Assembly (NCBI GenBank): GCA_014896535.1
Contig: JADBKE010000008.1
Location: 118,438 to 182,437, forward strand
DNA length: 64,000 nucleotides
Reading direction: 5' to 3'
Source of the DNA: Candidatus Fermentithermobacillaceae bacterium
GTDB taxonomy: Bacteria; Bacillota; Sulfobacillia; Fermentithermobacillales; DUSS01
The notes beneath the pieces are model-generated. The model had not been told where the DNA came from. It saw nothing but the letters and a program-made list of their open reading frames with translations, and did no database searches. The position numbers and the translations under genes are program-made. Shown here in pieces: positions 10,534 through 21,098 of this stretch. Numbering within the stretch: position 1 is the first letter of the stretch; each line of letters starts with the position of its first letter.

Positions 10534-10783
10534 ACCTCAAAACCCCGTTCCTCCCTTTAAGGCCCACAGGGTCACCGTAGGACCCCCGGTTTTCTTCTTC
10601 GCCGGCCGTCCGTTTACCTGCCCGCTACCGGCTCTTGCCGCGACCGGCGATGGCCCAGCACACCTCGACTTTCCCCCGGCGAAATCCGTACATGAAACCG
10701 TAGAGGTTTACCGTGGCGCAACTGTGGCTTGGAACGAGAAGCGCTTTGTAGCCGAGAGCGGGGCCCCGGAAAACCCCGGCCCG

Positions 10784-11758
10784 TTACGTATAAAAGACCA
10801 CCACATCCCCGTCCTGAAGCACGTGATCTCTTGGCACCATCTGCCCCCGGAACATCCCGGAACCCCAAACCCGCGCGTAAGCCAGATTCGCGGCAATTTC
10901 CTTGTGTATCTCTTCCGCCGCCTCGAGAACGGTCGTACCGGCGTCCAGAACAAAGGGATTCGAAAAGTCGGGCTTTTTACCCGGTGGATGCGTGTACACC
11001 CGGATCTTCCCGAGGAGATCGAAAAACATGGCTTTCGCCAGGGTTTCCAATCCTTCACCGGTCAAAGCCGAAACGGGAATGACGTCGAGCCTTCCCGCGA
11101 GGAACTCCTTCAAAAGATCGAGCCTATCGTGAGCTCCTTCCGCATCAACCTTGTTGGCCGCCACGAGGGACCGCTTCTCCCTGAAGGTTGTCTCGCCGGA
11201 TTTCACCAGTACAACTCCGTTTTCCCGGGCAAATTCCAGTACCTCTTGAGTTTCAGACAGGACATCGTCGTTGCTGAGATCCACCACGAGCAAGAGCGCA
11301 TCGGCCGACCGCATCACCGCCCACATCCAGGGCTGCGCGGTATCCCTGGTCAACGGAGGCATGTCCACCAATTGAATCTGCACGTTTTCCCACCGGACCA
11401 TGCCCGGAAGAGGGAGCCTGGTCGTGAAGGGATAGGGCGCTATCTCGGGCTGGGCTCTGGTCATCGCCGCCAGGAGCTGCGACTTGCCCGAGTTCGGCGG
11501 GCCGATCATGACCACCTGGCCTGCTCCTTCCCTCTCAATGCGAAAGATGTCACGGCGCCTCGGACCGCGATCCTTCTGCATTTCCCGCTTGAGCTGGGCA
11601 ATGCGCCGCTTGATGTCCGCCTGCATTTTTTCGGTGCCCTTGTGCTTCGGAATAGTGGCGAGCATCTCTTCAAGGGCCAAAAGCCTCTCTTCGTCGGTGG
11701 TGGCCTGGCGATAGCGCTCTTCCGCCTTCAGATATTCGGGGCCGAGATTGGCAGGCAT
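10784..11758 (-). CDS. DRG-like (developmentally regulated GTP-binding protein family) GTPase with C-terminal TGS domain
   Basis: G1 GPPNSGKS, G2 FTT, G4 NKVD. C-terminal TGS-like block KIRVYTHPPGKK...DGDVVVF. The N-terminal coiled region resembles the DRG N-terminus. G3 reads DMPP instead of DxxG. Confidence 0.7.
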   Translation of the reverse strand: MPANLGPEYLKAEERYRQATTDEERLLALEEMLATIPKHKGTEKMQADIKRRIAQLKREMQKDRGPRRRDIFRIEREGAGQVVMIGPPNSGKSQLLAAMTRAQPEIAPYPFTTRLPLPGMVRWENVQIQLVDMPPLTRDTAQPWMWAVMRSADALLLVVDLSNDDVLSETQEVLEFARENGVVLVKSGETTFREKRSLVAANKVDAEGAHDRLDLLKEFLAGRLDVIPVSALTGEGLETLAKAMFFDLLGKIRVYTHPPGKKPDFSNPFVLDAGTTVLEAAEEIHKEIAANLAYARVWGSGMFRGQMVPRDHVLQDGDVVVFYT

Positions 11759-11957
11759 CCGTGCGCACCCCCTCTAATTTGTATTTTAGGCGATCTAGCC
11801 CGAGCATCCTCCCGGAGCGGCAGTCACCCGGCATCGCTTTACGGTCGCGCTCAGGGTAGAGCCGCACCGGGAGCACCCTCCGCCAGAGGCATCAACCGGT
11901 CTTCCGGTCGTTACACTAATTCCAGGACAGCCCATCCGAATCGGGCGAAGGAGGAAG

Positions 11958-12545
11958 GTGAGGACTCAAGTGAACTTGCCTCCTCTACCCGCGACGGACT
12001 GGTGGGGTTGGTTTTTGACCGGGGTCGGCTTTTTCTTCGTCGCCGCCGGCGTGCCCGTGTCCTCCCTGGCTCTGTTCGCCGTCGCCGTAAGCCTGTCGCA
12101 CCACGCGGGTCTCACGTGGCAAGAAGCGGCGGCCTTCACGGGGACCGCCACGGTAGCGGGGCACGTTGCTTCCTATTACGCGTTCCGGTGGATAGGCCAA
12201 CGCGCTGGCAACTTTCTGGGGAAGTTTTGGCCTGGTTTTCCGGTTCTCATCCGCAAAGCCCAGCTATATCTCGAGCGGGGGTGGCCTCTGGCACTCGTCC
12301 TGAGGTGGGTGGGCACCGGTTACACTCAAGTGTTCTGGCTCATGGGGATGAGTCGCAGAGCCTGGTATCCCGTTATATGCGTTTTCTTGGCCAACGACTA
12401 TGCGTGGGCGGCTTTCTGGTGTGCACTGGTAGCCTACGCCGTAGCCAGGGTACCCGTCCTCCAGAATTACCTTCTGTTAGGCGGCCTCTTGCTCCTGGCG
12501 GGAAGTGCAGGCGCAATACTCCTCGCTCGCGCAAGGCGCGCATAA
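11958..12545 (+). CDS. Small polytopic membrane protein (possibly DedA/VTT-like), function unknown
   Basis: 195 aa with 4-5 hydrophobic helices. A GTG/TTG start cluster at 11958-11976 lies downstream of RBS GGAGGAAGG. Divergent from the GTPase gene. Confidence 0.4.
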   Translation: MRTQVNLPPLPATDWWGWFLTGVGFFFVAAGVPVSSLALFAVAVSLSHHAGLTWQEAAAFTGTATVAGHVASYYAFRWIGQRAGNFLGKFWPGFPVLIRKAQLYLERGWPLALVLRWVGTGYTQVFWLMGMSRRAWYPVICVFLANDYAWAAFWCALVAYAVARVPVLQNYLLLGGLLLLAGSAGAILLARARRA

Positions 12546-12553
12546 GGGATGGG

Positions 12554-15500
12554 TCATTCTGCCAGGCTCTTGAACACCTGCTCCAAGAATTCCCTGAAGG
12601 GCACATCTCTCTCTTCCCGAGCTTGCAGGAACACCAGTCTGGCCCTGGTCACCGGCCTGCGGAGGATGGTTTCGGCAGCAAGAGCGTACCAGCTCACCTG
12701 GGGGGTGTAAAGCTCCACGAGGGCGTCAGTGCTTTCCCGGGAAGCCCTGTCCGTCTTGTAGTCGATTATCTCGAGCCCCTCGTCCCCCACCACCAGGACA
12801 TCTATGGTTCCCTGCACCACCACGTAATCGGAACCGTCAAGAGTGCCGGTGGAATCCGGCGGGCTTTTCGAAAACAGGGCCGCGGGAAGCCGGAGGGTAA
12901 ACGGAACTTCCCTCTTCACCTTGTCCCGGCGCTCCCTGATGAAGCGACCGACCGGAGAACGGAAAAAGTCGAGCAGCATAGCGGTATCGATGAAGGAAGC
13001 CTCGTCCGCGGTGAGAATCCCTATCTCTACAAGCCGTTGGATTTCCGACGACAGAGTCGATTCGTCCTGTTCTACTCCGAGGTTTATGTGAGCTAACAAC
13101 CGGTGCACGGCGATACCGCGCATAACTGCGGGTGCCTCACGGTCGGAATCCCCGGGTCCGCGTGGCAAGGAGAAAGGTGCAGCGACACTTCGCACCCACG
13201 CATCCTCATCTTCGGAGTCCAGACGCGCCTGGAGTTCTCCCACGGTTATCTTCCCTGGAATTTCCGTTAGGTGTCTGAACGGATATCTCCACTCCATACG
13301 GCGTGCGACTTCACCAAGGATATCCGCATCTGGCGGCGACTGGGGCAGCTCCAGCCGCGTGAGCGTCTCCCATGCGATTTCCGGCGCCGTTCCACCCTCC
13401 CCCTCAGCGATGGAATGGCCGGGTAAGGGGTAGCGGCCCCCTCCCCAGAGCTGCACCTTGAAGAGGGGCGGTTGCAAAACGGCAGGGGCATCGGCACCGG
13501 GGGACGCTACCGCTCCTGCCCCGACCAGGAACTCCCTTTTACCCCCGGCCAGGTGCCGGCGATCGAAACCACCGCATCCCAGGACACAGGGAACCAGCCA
13601 GTCCAGGTAGGTGCCTGCCGACGCTACGCTCGATGCGGAAATTCCCCCTTCCACCCAGCGTTGGAGGTTTCCCGCCAGATCCCTGGTAGAACCCACCAGG
13701 AACAGTTTCTCCCTGGCTCTGGTCATGGCCACGTAGAGGATGCGCATTTCCTCAGCCATCGACTCCCGAACGATGGCACCCGAGAGCGCCGCGTGCGCGA
13801 GAGTGGGATACTTTACGCCCGCTTCCGCATCCACGATCACCGGACCGAGCCCGAGTTTTCGATGGTAGAGCACGTCCTGTCTTATATCCTTGAAATCAAA
13901 CCGCCTTCCGAGGTCCATCACAAAAACCACGGGAAACTCCAAACCTTTAGCTTTGTGCACGGACAGTACCCTGACCACATCCTCCTGCTCCCCCAGGGCT
14001 CGCGCCTGCCCCAAGTCCCCCTGGGATTCCTCCAGACGCCGGATAAATCTGAGAAAGCGGAACAGCCCCCGCCTGCGGAAGGAGTCAAATTCTCGTGCGC
14101 GTTCACACAGGGCAAGCAGGTTCGCCCTCCTCTGCGCGCCACCGGGCATTCCGCCCACGTAATCCAGATACCCGGTTTCCGACAAAAGCTTCCAGATCAA
14201 ATCCGCAAGCGGCATGCGCCTGGCCATGGTGCGCCACCTATCCAGGTCTTCGAGGAAAGCTCGGAGTTTACCGGACAAGTTACCGAGTTCAGGCGCAAAC
14301 GCTGCCTTCTGAACGGCGTAAAAGAAACGACCCTCCGGCTGGGTCAGACGGATTCTAGCCAGGTCTTCTCCGTCCAGGCCGACTATGGGCGAGCGGAGAA
14401 CGGAGGCGAGCGGGATATCCTGAAGAGGGTTGTCTATTATGCTCAGGAGCGAAAGGACCACTTCCACCTCGCGGGCGGCGAAATACCCGGTCTCCACGTC
14501 GGCGTAAACCGGAATGCCCGCCCGTCGCAAGATTCCCAGGACGGCCTCGCAACGGTTCCTCGTCGCCCTCATGAGGATGACGATATCCCGGAAACGGCAG
14601 GGACGATAATCTCCCAGGCTCTCATCCCATATGCCCGGTCCCATCGGTGATGTGAGCTCCCGGATTTTGGTCGCAACGACCAGCGCTTCTTTCTCCAGCG
14701 CTTCCAGGTCCTCGACCTCGAAATCTTCGGGATCTTCATCTTCCCCGCCGGCCGAGTTCGGCTCTTCCCCGGCATTTTCCCCCGCTCCCCGTTCTAAACC
14801 TGAACTCTCCACGAGGTCGCGCTCGATCAGGTGAAGCTCCACCGGGGCTGCGTCTTGATGGTTCGCGTCACCCGGGTTAACCGAGGGAGCTTGCTGGGCG
14901 CGACCCGTACGCAGCTCTTCTTCGGCGCCGTAACCCATCCCGGTGACCTCTTCCAGCATTATCCTGCGAAATACGAAGTTCACGGCGTCCAGGATCTCTC
15001 TGCGGCTCCTGAAATTTGCGGTCAACGTCACCAGGAGCTCAGATCCCCCGGGCGCAAGCGCTCGGGGGAAGCTCCTGTACTTCGAAAGGAATATCCCCGG
15101 TTCCGCCAGGCGAAAAGCGTAGATGCTCTGACGGTAGTCGCCAACCATGAAGAGCTTCCGGTCCGGCGACCCAGACGCGAGCAACTGGATGATGGCATCC
15201 TGGATCGGGTTGATGTCCTGGTATTCGTCGACGAAGATTTCCCTGTACCTGGACCGAACCACCTCACCTTCGGGCTCGGAACGGAGAAGTTCGAGACAGT
15301 ATCGTTCGAGGTCCGAAAAATCCAGGCCCTGCCTTCGGGATTTGGCCTCCCGGTATCTTCGGTCGAATTCCACCACGAGACCGACGAGAGCTCTCACGAG
15401 CGGAGCGACGAGTTCGAGCTCGCCCTTCAGGTCGCAGGACGGTCTCGAAAGAACCGAGTTCTTCAAAGACCTGATGAGGGCTTTGGCCCTATCCCTGTGG

Positions 15501-16477
15501 CGCTTGACCCGCTCGGCCGCATCTGCGGAGACGCCATCCCCTCTAGACCTGCGGGGAAGAGCGCAAAACTCGAAGGCATTCAGGGCGGCGACCACATCAT
15601 CCCAGGGGCGGGTCTCGAGCGTCTCCAGGAGCTTTTTGAGGTTTCCCAGGTCATCTCTCAAGACATCCACGTACACCGCAGGTCCATCTGGCTTCTCCGC
15701 CTCCGAAAGGGCCCGGGAAACCAGCTCTAAAGCGGTTTTCACCTCGAAGATCGCCTGCTCGATTACGGATTTGCCCCACACAGTGTTCCGGAGTTCCTGT
15801 TCCCGCGCAACCTCGAACATCCGCGAGGCGTTATTCAGCCAGTCTTCGGAGTCGGGCAAAGACGTGATGAAGCCATGCAGGCGCAGGATGAGGGAGGAGA
15901 GGGATTCGTCTCCGCCTTTGCCTCCGTACCATTCCACCAGCTTCAAAAAGTCTCCGGCGCTCTCCCCGTTCTTCATGTCGCGCTCGGGAAGAGATTCTCC
16001 GGTCTCCACACCCGGCAGCCTCAACGGCAGAGCGGCATACCGGTCTTCCAGAAGCTCTTCCATTACGTCAGCTTTAATGAGCTCCGCTTCGTATTCGTCA
16101 AGCACGACGAAGGCCGGGTCAAGGCCGAGCTTGTGAAAGTACTGGCGAATGGTCCTCAGGCAGAAGGAGTGAAGAGTGGAGATGTCGGCCCGGTCGAGGA
16201 GCAAGAGCTGCCGGCGAAGCCTTTCGTCGCCAGGGTGTCGGGCGACGTGCTCTTCCAGCGCTTTTCGGATGCGGGATTTCATCTCCTCCGCAGCGGCTTC
16301 GGTGAAGGTTACCGCCAGGATCTCGCCGACGTCCAGAGGGTCTTCCCGGTCCGTAAGTCTTCTCAAAACCCTCTCCACCAGCACGGCGGTTTTGCCGCTG
16401 CCCGCAGCGGCGGAGACCAGAAGGCTCTTGGGTCGCATCGCTATCGCCCGCTCCTGCTCGTCGGTAAAACGCATCAT
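12554..16477 (-). CDS. addA: ATP-dependent helicase/nuclease subunit A (AddA, UvrD-like helicase plus C-terminal nuclease)
   Basis: Starts MMRFTDEQERAIAMRP...AAGSGKTAVL (UvrD Walker A). ATG at 16477 overlaps the addB stop (ATGA). Long helicase core, with a PD-(D/E)XK-like C-terminus. The track ORF extends further 5' only through antisense overlap with addB. Confidence 0.9.
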   Translation of the reverse strand: MMRFTDEQERAIAMRPKSLLVSAAAGSGKTAVLVERVLRRLTDREDPLDVGEILAVTFTEAAAEEMKSRIRKALEEHVARHPGDERLRRQLLLLDRADISTLHSFCLRTIRQYFHKLGLDPAFVVLDEYEAELIKADVMEELLEDRYAALPLRLPGVETGESLPERDMKNGESAGDFLKLVEWYGGKGGDESLSSLILRLHGFITSLPDSEDWLNNASRMFEVAREQELRNTVWGKSVIEQAIFEVKTALELVSRALSEAEKPDGPAVYVDVLRDDLGNLKKLLETLETRPWDDVVAALNAFEFCALPRRSRGDGVSADAAERVKRHRDRAKALIRSLKNSVLSRPSCDLKGELELVAPLVRALVGLVVEFDRRYREAKSRRQGLDFSDLERYCLELLRSEPEGEVVRSRYREIFVDEYQDINPIQDAIIQLLASGSPDRKLFMVGDYRQSIYAFRLAEPGIFLSKYRSFPRALAPGGSELLVTLTANFRSRREILDAVNFVFRRIMLEEVTGMGYGAEEELRTGRAQQAPSVNPGDANHQDAAPVELHLIERDLVESSGLERGAGENAGEEPNSAGGEDEDPEDFEVEDLEALEKEALVVATKIRELTSPMGPGIWDESLGDYRPCRFRDIVILMRATRNRCEAVLGILRRAGIPVYADVETGYFAAREVEVVLSLLSIIDNPLQDIPLASVLRSPIVGLDGEDLARIRLTQPEGRFFYAVQKAAFAPELGNLSGKLRAFLEDLDRWRTMARRMPLADLIWKLLSETGYLDYVGGMPGGAQRRANLLALCERAREFDSFRRRGLFRFLRFIRRLEESQGDLGQARALGEQEDVVRVLSVHKAKGLEFPVVFVMDLGRRFDFKDIRQDVLYHRKLGLGPVIVDAEAGVKYPTLAHAALSGAIVRESMAEEMRILYVAMTRAREKLFLVGSTRDLAGNLQRWVEGGISASSVASAGTYLDWLVPCVLGCGGFDRRHLAGGKREFLVGAGAVASPGADAPAVLQPPLFKVQLWGGGRYPLPGHSIAEGEGGTAPEIAWETLTRLELPQSPPDADILGEVARRMEWRYPFRHLTEIPGKITVGELQARLDSEDEDAWVRSVAAPFSLPRGPGDSDREAPAVMRGIAVHRLLAHINLGVEQDESTLSSEIQRLVEIGILTADEASFIDTAMLLDFFRSPVGRFIRERRDKVKREVPFTLRLPAALFSKSPPDSTGTLDGSDYVVVQGTIDVLVVGDEGLEIIDYKTDRASRESTDALVELYTPQVSWYALAAETILRRPVTRARLVFLQAREERDVPFREFLEQVFKSLAE

Positions 16478-19400
16478 CTCTGCCTCCTCTCTCCGACCGC
16501 GCGCCGGATCAGTTCGAGAGCTTCCGTCTCGGACAGCCCCCCGACCTTGCGATAGGTGTTCCCCGGAAGGAGTATGTCGAAGGTGCAGACGGCCCCGTAA
16601 GGACAGTGCTGGCAGGCCCGCTCCGTCTTTCGCCGGTAGGGTGCGATGGAAATGTCCCCGTCGATGATCCCGCACCCTAACTCCCTGATCTTTTCCTCGA
16701 CGAACTCCAGGAGGACGTCCATATCCTCTTGAGCCACCACGGAGCCGGACACTCCTCCTGACTTGGAGTAACGAAGGGGCAGAATCGGGGACCATCCGAT
16801 ATTTCGTTCCCTTTCCATGAGGCTGACGACGTCGGGATCGCTCACCACAAGCCCTTTCATCTTGCGATTCTTGAGGGCCGGCGAAGTAGAGGGATCCCCA
16901 GCCGGCGGCGCCTTCGTCCGCCTCGGCGGACTCATGATCGGAAAATAAAACGCTCCGGCCGGAATAGCCCGAGCCTCCGGAGCCGGGTTCCCTGTGAAAA
17001 GGCACGTCGAACCCCACCTTGCAGCCACCACGAGGTAAACCAGCAGCTGGAGGGAAAGACCGTAGAGCACATCTCCGATCTTCAGGTCCATGCCGCCCGA
17101 CTTGTAGTCCACTACCCGGACGTACCGGCCAGTCTCGCCCTCGGCTACGTCAATTCTGTCGATTATACCCCTGAGTTTCAGCACCTCACCGTCCCGCAGG
17201 GGAATCTCCAGCCCCTCCGCTCCGTCCTCGAATCCGAAACGCAGTTCCGCAGCGATCGGCCTGAATGCGCCCCGGCCTATGTGTTCGACAAGGGTCCCCG
17301 CGGCTTTAACCGCAGCTTCTTCGAGCACGGTTGAAACGTAGCGATATCTTGAAGAGCTTCTGAAAATCTCGCTTTCCGGCCTTTCCAGGACCCGGGAAAA
17401 CACTTCCCTGGCCAGGCGCTCCGCCTCTTCCCGGGTGAGTTCGGACCACTTCAGGCCCTTCGCCGCGACGGCCTCCACCAGTTCCTTCAGGGCGAGGTGA
17501 AGCAGGGTGCCCGCCTTGGCCGGTTCCAGAACGAAGATCTCCCGTTCTTCGAGCCCAAGACCGTCCGCGGCGAAGTGGTAAAACGGGCAGCGGGAATACC
17601 GCTCGAGCCTAGACACACTCGTCACAATGGGGCTTCCGTAGAGTCTGCGGGCGATTTCCTTCGACAGCTTCCCAGGGTTGTTGGAGTACGCGAGTGACCT
17701 CAACACCTTCAGAGCTTCTTCCCTGCGCGGTCCCGAGAGAAACCAGCGGTAAACTTCCACCCAAACTTTACCGCAAGAAAACCCTTCCCTCACGCCCGAA
17801 AGTCTCCGGACCAGAGTCCCGAGGGCTCTGCCGGGCACAACCCAATCGAGATCCCGCGAGACTTCGCCGGGGGGCTCGGAACCCTCGTACCGTTCCTCCT
17901 TTTGCGGAAACAGCCGCTTTATCTCCAGCACAATGCTGGAGGGAGAAAGCGCCCTCCCTTCGCTGTCGCCGAGGGGACAGGATATCCACAACCGCCGGGA
18001 GGCTCTGGTCAGGGCTATGTAGCACAAATACCTCTCAAAAAGCTGCTTCTCTCTGGAAGAAAGGTCGATTTCCAGACCCGCAGCGGCGATCTCGTCTCGC
18101 TCCCGGTCGGAAAACACCGGATCGTCTTCGTGCTTTCGGGGAAACGCACCTTGGAACGCGCCGAGAAGGAACGTGGCTTTCGGTTCGGGCTGACGCGACC
18201 TCTCCACCGAGCCGACGAGCACCTGGTCAACGGCAGGCGGGATAAGACCGATCCTCAGGTCTTCGAGGCCGGCCAGAACGACCGAGGAATATTCTTCCAC
18301 GGGCACAACTTGGTCGCCAAGGATCTCCTGGGCCTGGGACAGGACCTCCAAAACCCCCGCCCACACTCGCGAATGGTACATGGCTTCTTCCGGATCCTGC
18401 GCCTTCAGGGCCTGGTCTCGCCAGCGCTCCAGCGTCGGGGCCACCTCCAGATCGCGCAAGAGTTCGACCAGGGCCCAAGACAGATACCGGGCGGTAACCC
18501 CCGACCGCTGGGATTCGACCCTCTCGCAAAATCGCCGGAGCTCGGCGATGGCCCTGTTCTTGACCGGCTCTAGAGCATCCCACGGACGTCCCGAAAACCA
18601 TGAGCTTCCCTTGATGCCCCGGGCCAGTACGTAGTTTTCGATGGCGTCGACATCGCCTCTTGACACCGGGACGAGGTCGTTTTTTAGATACGAAAGCACC
18701 GCATCAGAAGCCCAACCGGAGACTAGGACATCCAGAGCGGACCTCACCAGCTCCACCAGGGGGTGATGAGTCGCCGGTCGTTTTTCGTCGATGAAGAAGG
18801 GAATTCCGTAGTCGCGGAAGACCGTCCTGATGATATCGCCGTAAGCGATCCCGCCGTTATCCTGGAGATCTCTGAGTTCGACGCTGATGTCGCCGAAACG
18901 ATATCCTTCGTCTCTCACCATTCTGATGATTTCCCTGGCGCAAGCTTCCACCTCGGCTCTGGGGTTCGATGCCCGCACGAGGATGATACCGCCTGTGGCC
19001 CCGGATGAGCCGCCGGCCTGCTCGTCCCGGGCAGGCCCGCGCGAGACGGTGGCTCCCTCGTCCCCCGCGCTTTGAGGCTTATAGCCCGAGTCCCCTTCAC
19101 CGACGCCGGAAGTCGGCACCGGTTCCCCAAGGCGCGGCCCCGGAACGGTGGATTCGACCACACACACTTCCGGATAGTCGCGAGATCTGAGCCAGCGTTC
19201 GAGCACGGAGAGCTCCGGAGAACCGCTAAACCGCGGAGGCGTTGCCGCCAGGCGTTCGGCGCTCATCGACTCCAAGAGCGCATCTCGCACCAGACCCGAT
19301 ACCTTGACCATGGTACGACTTCGCCGGCCGAGCGGAGAAACTACCTGGGCTTCCTCCGGCCCAGCGCAGGGTACGCCGGGCAGTGGTCCTCCCCTGGGCA

Positions 19401-20220
19401 GTCCCACTGCGGTTACCTGCTCCACACCCATTTGTTCGGCCATATCCCTGAGCTTTTCCAGGACGCGCCTGATCGGGTGAAACAGCCTGGTCTCATCGGG
19501 CTCGAGGAGAAGTTCAGCCGGATCCATGCACAGAGCGACGTTTACTTCTCGGGATACTTCCAGCAAGGCCCGAAGAACTTCATATTCTTTGGGGGTAAAA
19601 CCGGAAAACCCGTCCACCCATACCCGCGCATCTCGTACAAAGGACTCGGGGAGCTTTCGGGCCAGCATCGAGAGGTAGTCGTCGGGATCGGTAAACCGTC
19701 CCTCGATAAACTTCAGGTACTCGTCGTATATCAGGGCGATGTCTTTGAGCTTGAGCGAAAGGAGTGAGCCTGTAGACTCCCCTTCCACGAGCCGGGCTGT
19801 CCGCTCCAGAGCTTCCGGAGGAACGTTCCAGGAGATGAGCTCGTGGATCGCCCGGGACAGAACCCTGGCAAATCCCGGACGTCCCGGTCCTACCGAGAAA
19901 AAGCGCAGGTCTTGTCCTCGTCGCCACAGTATGGACTGAACGGCCATCGTCTTCCCGGTTGCGGTGATAAACGTAGCTCCCCTGCCACCTGCCTCATCCA
20001 GGACCCTCCAGGCAAGTCGCCGGAAGCTCACCACATGAAGGCGCATGAACCCCGGAACTTTCTCCAAGACCGCCCTTTCCGTCTGGAAAGTCATCTGATC
20101 GGGGACGAGAAAGATGAGAGGAGGACCCTCCGGCGAACGCCGGAGCTCCTCCTCTATCTGGTCCAGGCAGTACCTGGTCTTTCCGGAACCGGCGGGTCCC
20201 AGAATGAAGGTGAGTTTCAT
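16474..20220 (-). CDS. addB: ATP-dependent helicase/nuclease subunit B (AddB)
   Basis: 1248 aa. Walker A GPAGSGKT. C-terminal Fe-S cysteine cluster (C...CQHCPYGAVC) typical of the AddB nuclease domain. Translationally coupled to addA. Confidence 0.9.
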   Translation of the reverse strand: MKLTFILGPAGSGKTRYCLDQIEEELRRSPEGPPLIFLVPDQMTFQTERAVLEKVPGFMRLHVVSFRRLAWRVLDEAGGRGATFITATGKTMAVQSILWRRGQDLRFFSVGPGRPGFARVLSRAIHELISWNVPPEALERTARLVEGESTGSLLSLKLKDIALIYDEYLKFIEGRFTDPDDYLSMLARKLPESFVRDARVWVDGFSGFTPKEYEVLRALLEVSREVNVALCMDPAELLLEPDETRLFHPIRRVLEKLRDMAEQMGVEQVTAVGLPRGGPLPGVPCAGPEEAQVVSPLGRRSRTMVKVSGLVRDALLESMSAERLAATPPRFSGSPELSVLERWLRSRDYPEVCVVESTVPGPRLGEPVPTSGVGEGDSGYKPQSAGDEGATVSRGPARDEQAGGSSGATGGIILVRASNPRAEVEACAREIIRMVRDEGYRFGDISVELRDLQDNGGIAYGDIIRTVFRDYGIPFFIDEKRPATHHPLVELVRSALDVLVSGWASDAVLSYLKNDLVPVSRGDVDAIENYVLARGIKGSSWFSGRPWDALEPVKNRAIAELRRFCERVESQRSGVTARYLSWALVELLRDLEVAPTLERWRDQALKAQDPEEAMYHSRVWAGVLEVLSQAQEILGDQVVPVEEYSSVVLAGLEDLRIGLIPPAVDQVLVGSVERSRQPEPKATFLLGAFQGAFPRKHEDDPVFSDRERDEIAAAGLEIDLSSREKQLFERYLCYIALTRASRRLWISCPLGDSEGRALSPSSIVLEIKRLFPQKEERYEGSEPPGEVSRDLDWVVPGRALGTLVRRLSGVREGFSCGKVWVEVYRWFLSGPRREEALKVLRSLAYSNNPGKLSKEIARRLYGSPIVTSVSRLERYSRCPFYHFAADGLGLEEREIFVLEPAKAGTLLHLALKELVEAVAAKGLKWSELTREEAERLAREVFSRVLERPESEIFRSSSRYRYVSTVLEEAAVKAAGTLVEHIGRGAFRPIAAELRFGFEDGAEGLEIPLRDGEVLKLRGIIDRIDVAEGETGRYVRVVDYKSGGMDLKIGDVLYGLSLQLLVYLVVAARWGSTCLFTGNPAPEARAIPAGAFYFPIMSPPRRTKAPPAGDPSTSPALKNRKMKGLVVSDPDVVSLMERERNIGWSPILPLRYSKSGGVSGSVVAQEDMDVLLEFVEEKIRELGCGIIDGDISIAPYRRKTERACQHCPYGAVCTFDILLPGNTYRKVGGLSETEALELIRRAVGERRQR

Positions 20221-20375
20221 CCTTCCCGCGCCCCTCCGGACTCATCCAGTCTGGTGGCGAATACACCCCTCACCTCGGCAGGTAGCTCGAAAAAGGGCCT
20301 CGTACCCGTATTCCCAGGACAACCGATGAGTCAACCTTTCGTCCGGGCAAGCTCCCATTTGCAGCCCACCCGGTC

Positions 20376-21098
20376 TCACAAGATCTTCGAAAGAAACGCC
20401 CTGGTCCTTTCGTGCTTGGGATTGGTGAAGAACTCCCGTGGCGGCCCTTCTTCTACGAACACTCCGTCCGCCATGAGCAGGACCCGGTCGGCCACTTCCC
20501 TGGCGAAGCCCATTTCGTGGCTGACGACCACCATGGTCATGCCCTCCTCGGCGAGTTTCCTCATCACCGCCAGGACCTCGCCGATCATTTCGGGGTCCAA
20601 CGCCGACGTGGGCTCGTCGAACAGCATCAGTTTGGGTTGCATCGCCAGGGCTCTGGCAATCGCCACCCGCTGTTTTTGACCACCTGACAGCTGGTCCGGG
20701 TAAGCATCGTATTTGTCGCTGAGCCCCACTTTGGATAAGAGAGCTTTCGCGCGGTCTCTGGCCTCGGCTCTCGGCACCTTCAACACTTTTTCCGGCGCGA
20801 GACTCACGTTTTCAAGGGCGGTGAGGTGCGGAAAGAGGTTAAACTGCTGGAACACCATGCCCACCTTTTCCCGGACCACGTTGATGTTAGTGGTCGGTGC
20901 GTCGAGATCCACCCCGTCGATGAATACATGTCCTGAGGTGGGCTTTTCCAGGTGATTGATGCACCGGAGGAAGGTACTCTTTCCGGACCCGGAAGGACCG
21001 ATGATGACCACGACCTCGCCTTTGGAAACCTCGAGACTCACTCCCTTGAGGACGTGGAGGTCCCCGAACTTCTTGTGAAGGTCCTTAACCTTGAGCAC
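20376..21098 (-). CDS. Polar amino-acid ABC transporter ATP-binding protein (GlnQ/HisP-like)
   Basis: 240 aa. Walker [10 protein letters not shown], signature [15 protein letters not shown], Walker [13 protein letters not shown]. Confidence 0.9.
   Translation of the reverse strand: MLKVKDLHKKFGDLHVLKGVSLEVSKGEVVVIIGPSGSGKSTFLRCINHLEKPTSGHVFIDGVDLDAPTTNINVVREKVGMVFQQFNLFPHLTALENVSLAPEKVLKVPRAEARDRAKALLSKVGLSDKYDAYPDQLSGGQKQRVAIARALAMQPKLMLFDEPTSALDPEMIGEVLAVMRKLAEEGMTMVVVSHEMGFAREVADRVLLMADGVFVEEGPPREFFTNPKHERTRAFLSKIL

Noticed and set aside
10724-13096. 790-aa ORF on the plus strand, and similar long ORFs (647-2164 minus, 5622-6710 minus, 7086-8393 plus, 13472-14650 plus, 31431-33173 plus, 38254-40314 plus)
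   Set aside because: All are antisense to well-supported genes (DRG, addA, ABC exporter, D-aminoacylase, TPL, pnp, infB). High GC suppresses stop codons. The translations are Arg/Pro/Gly-rich with no domain signatures.
16478-17017. 180-codon N-terminal extension of the addA ORF in the track
   Set aside because: The extension overlaps the 3' end of addB in another frame. The UvrD-type N-terminus (MMRFTDEQERAI...GSGKT) begins at the ATG at 16477, which forms an ATGA overlap with the addB stop.
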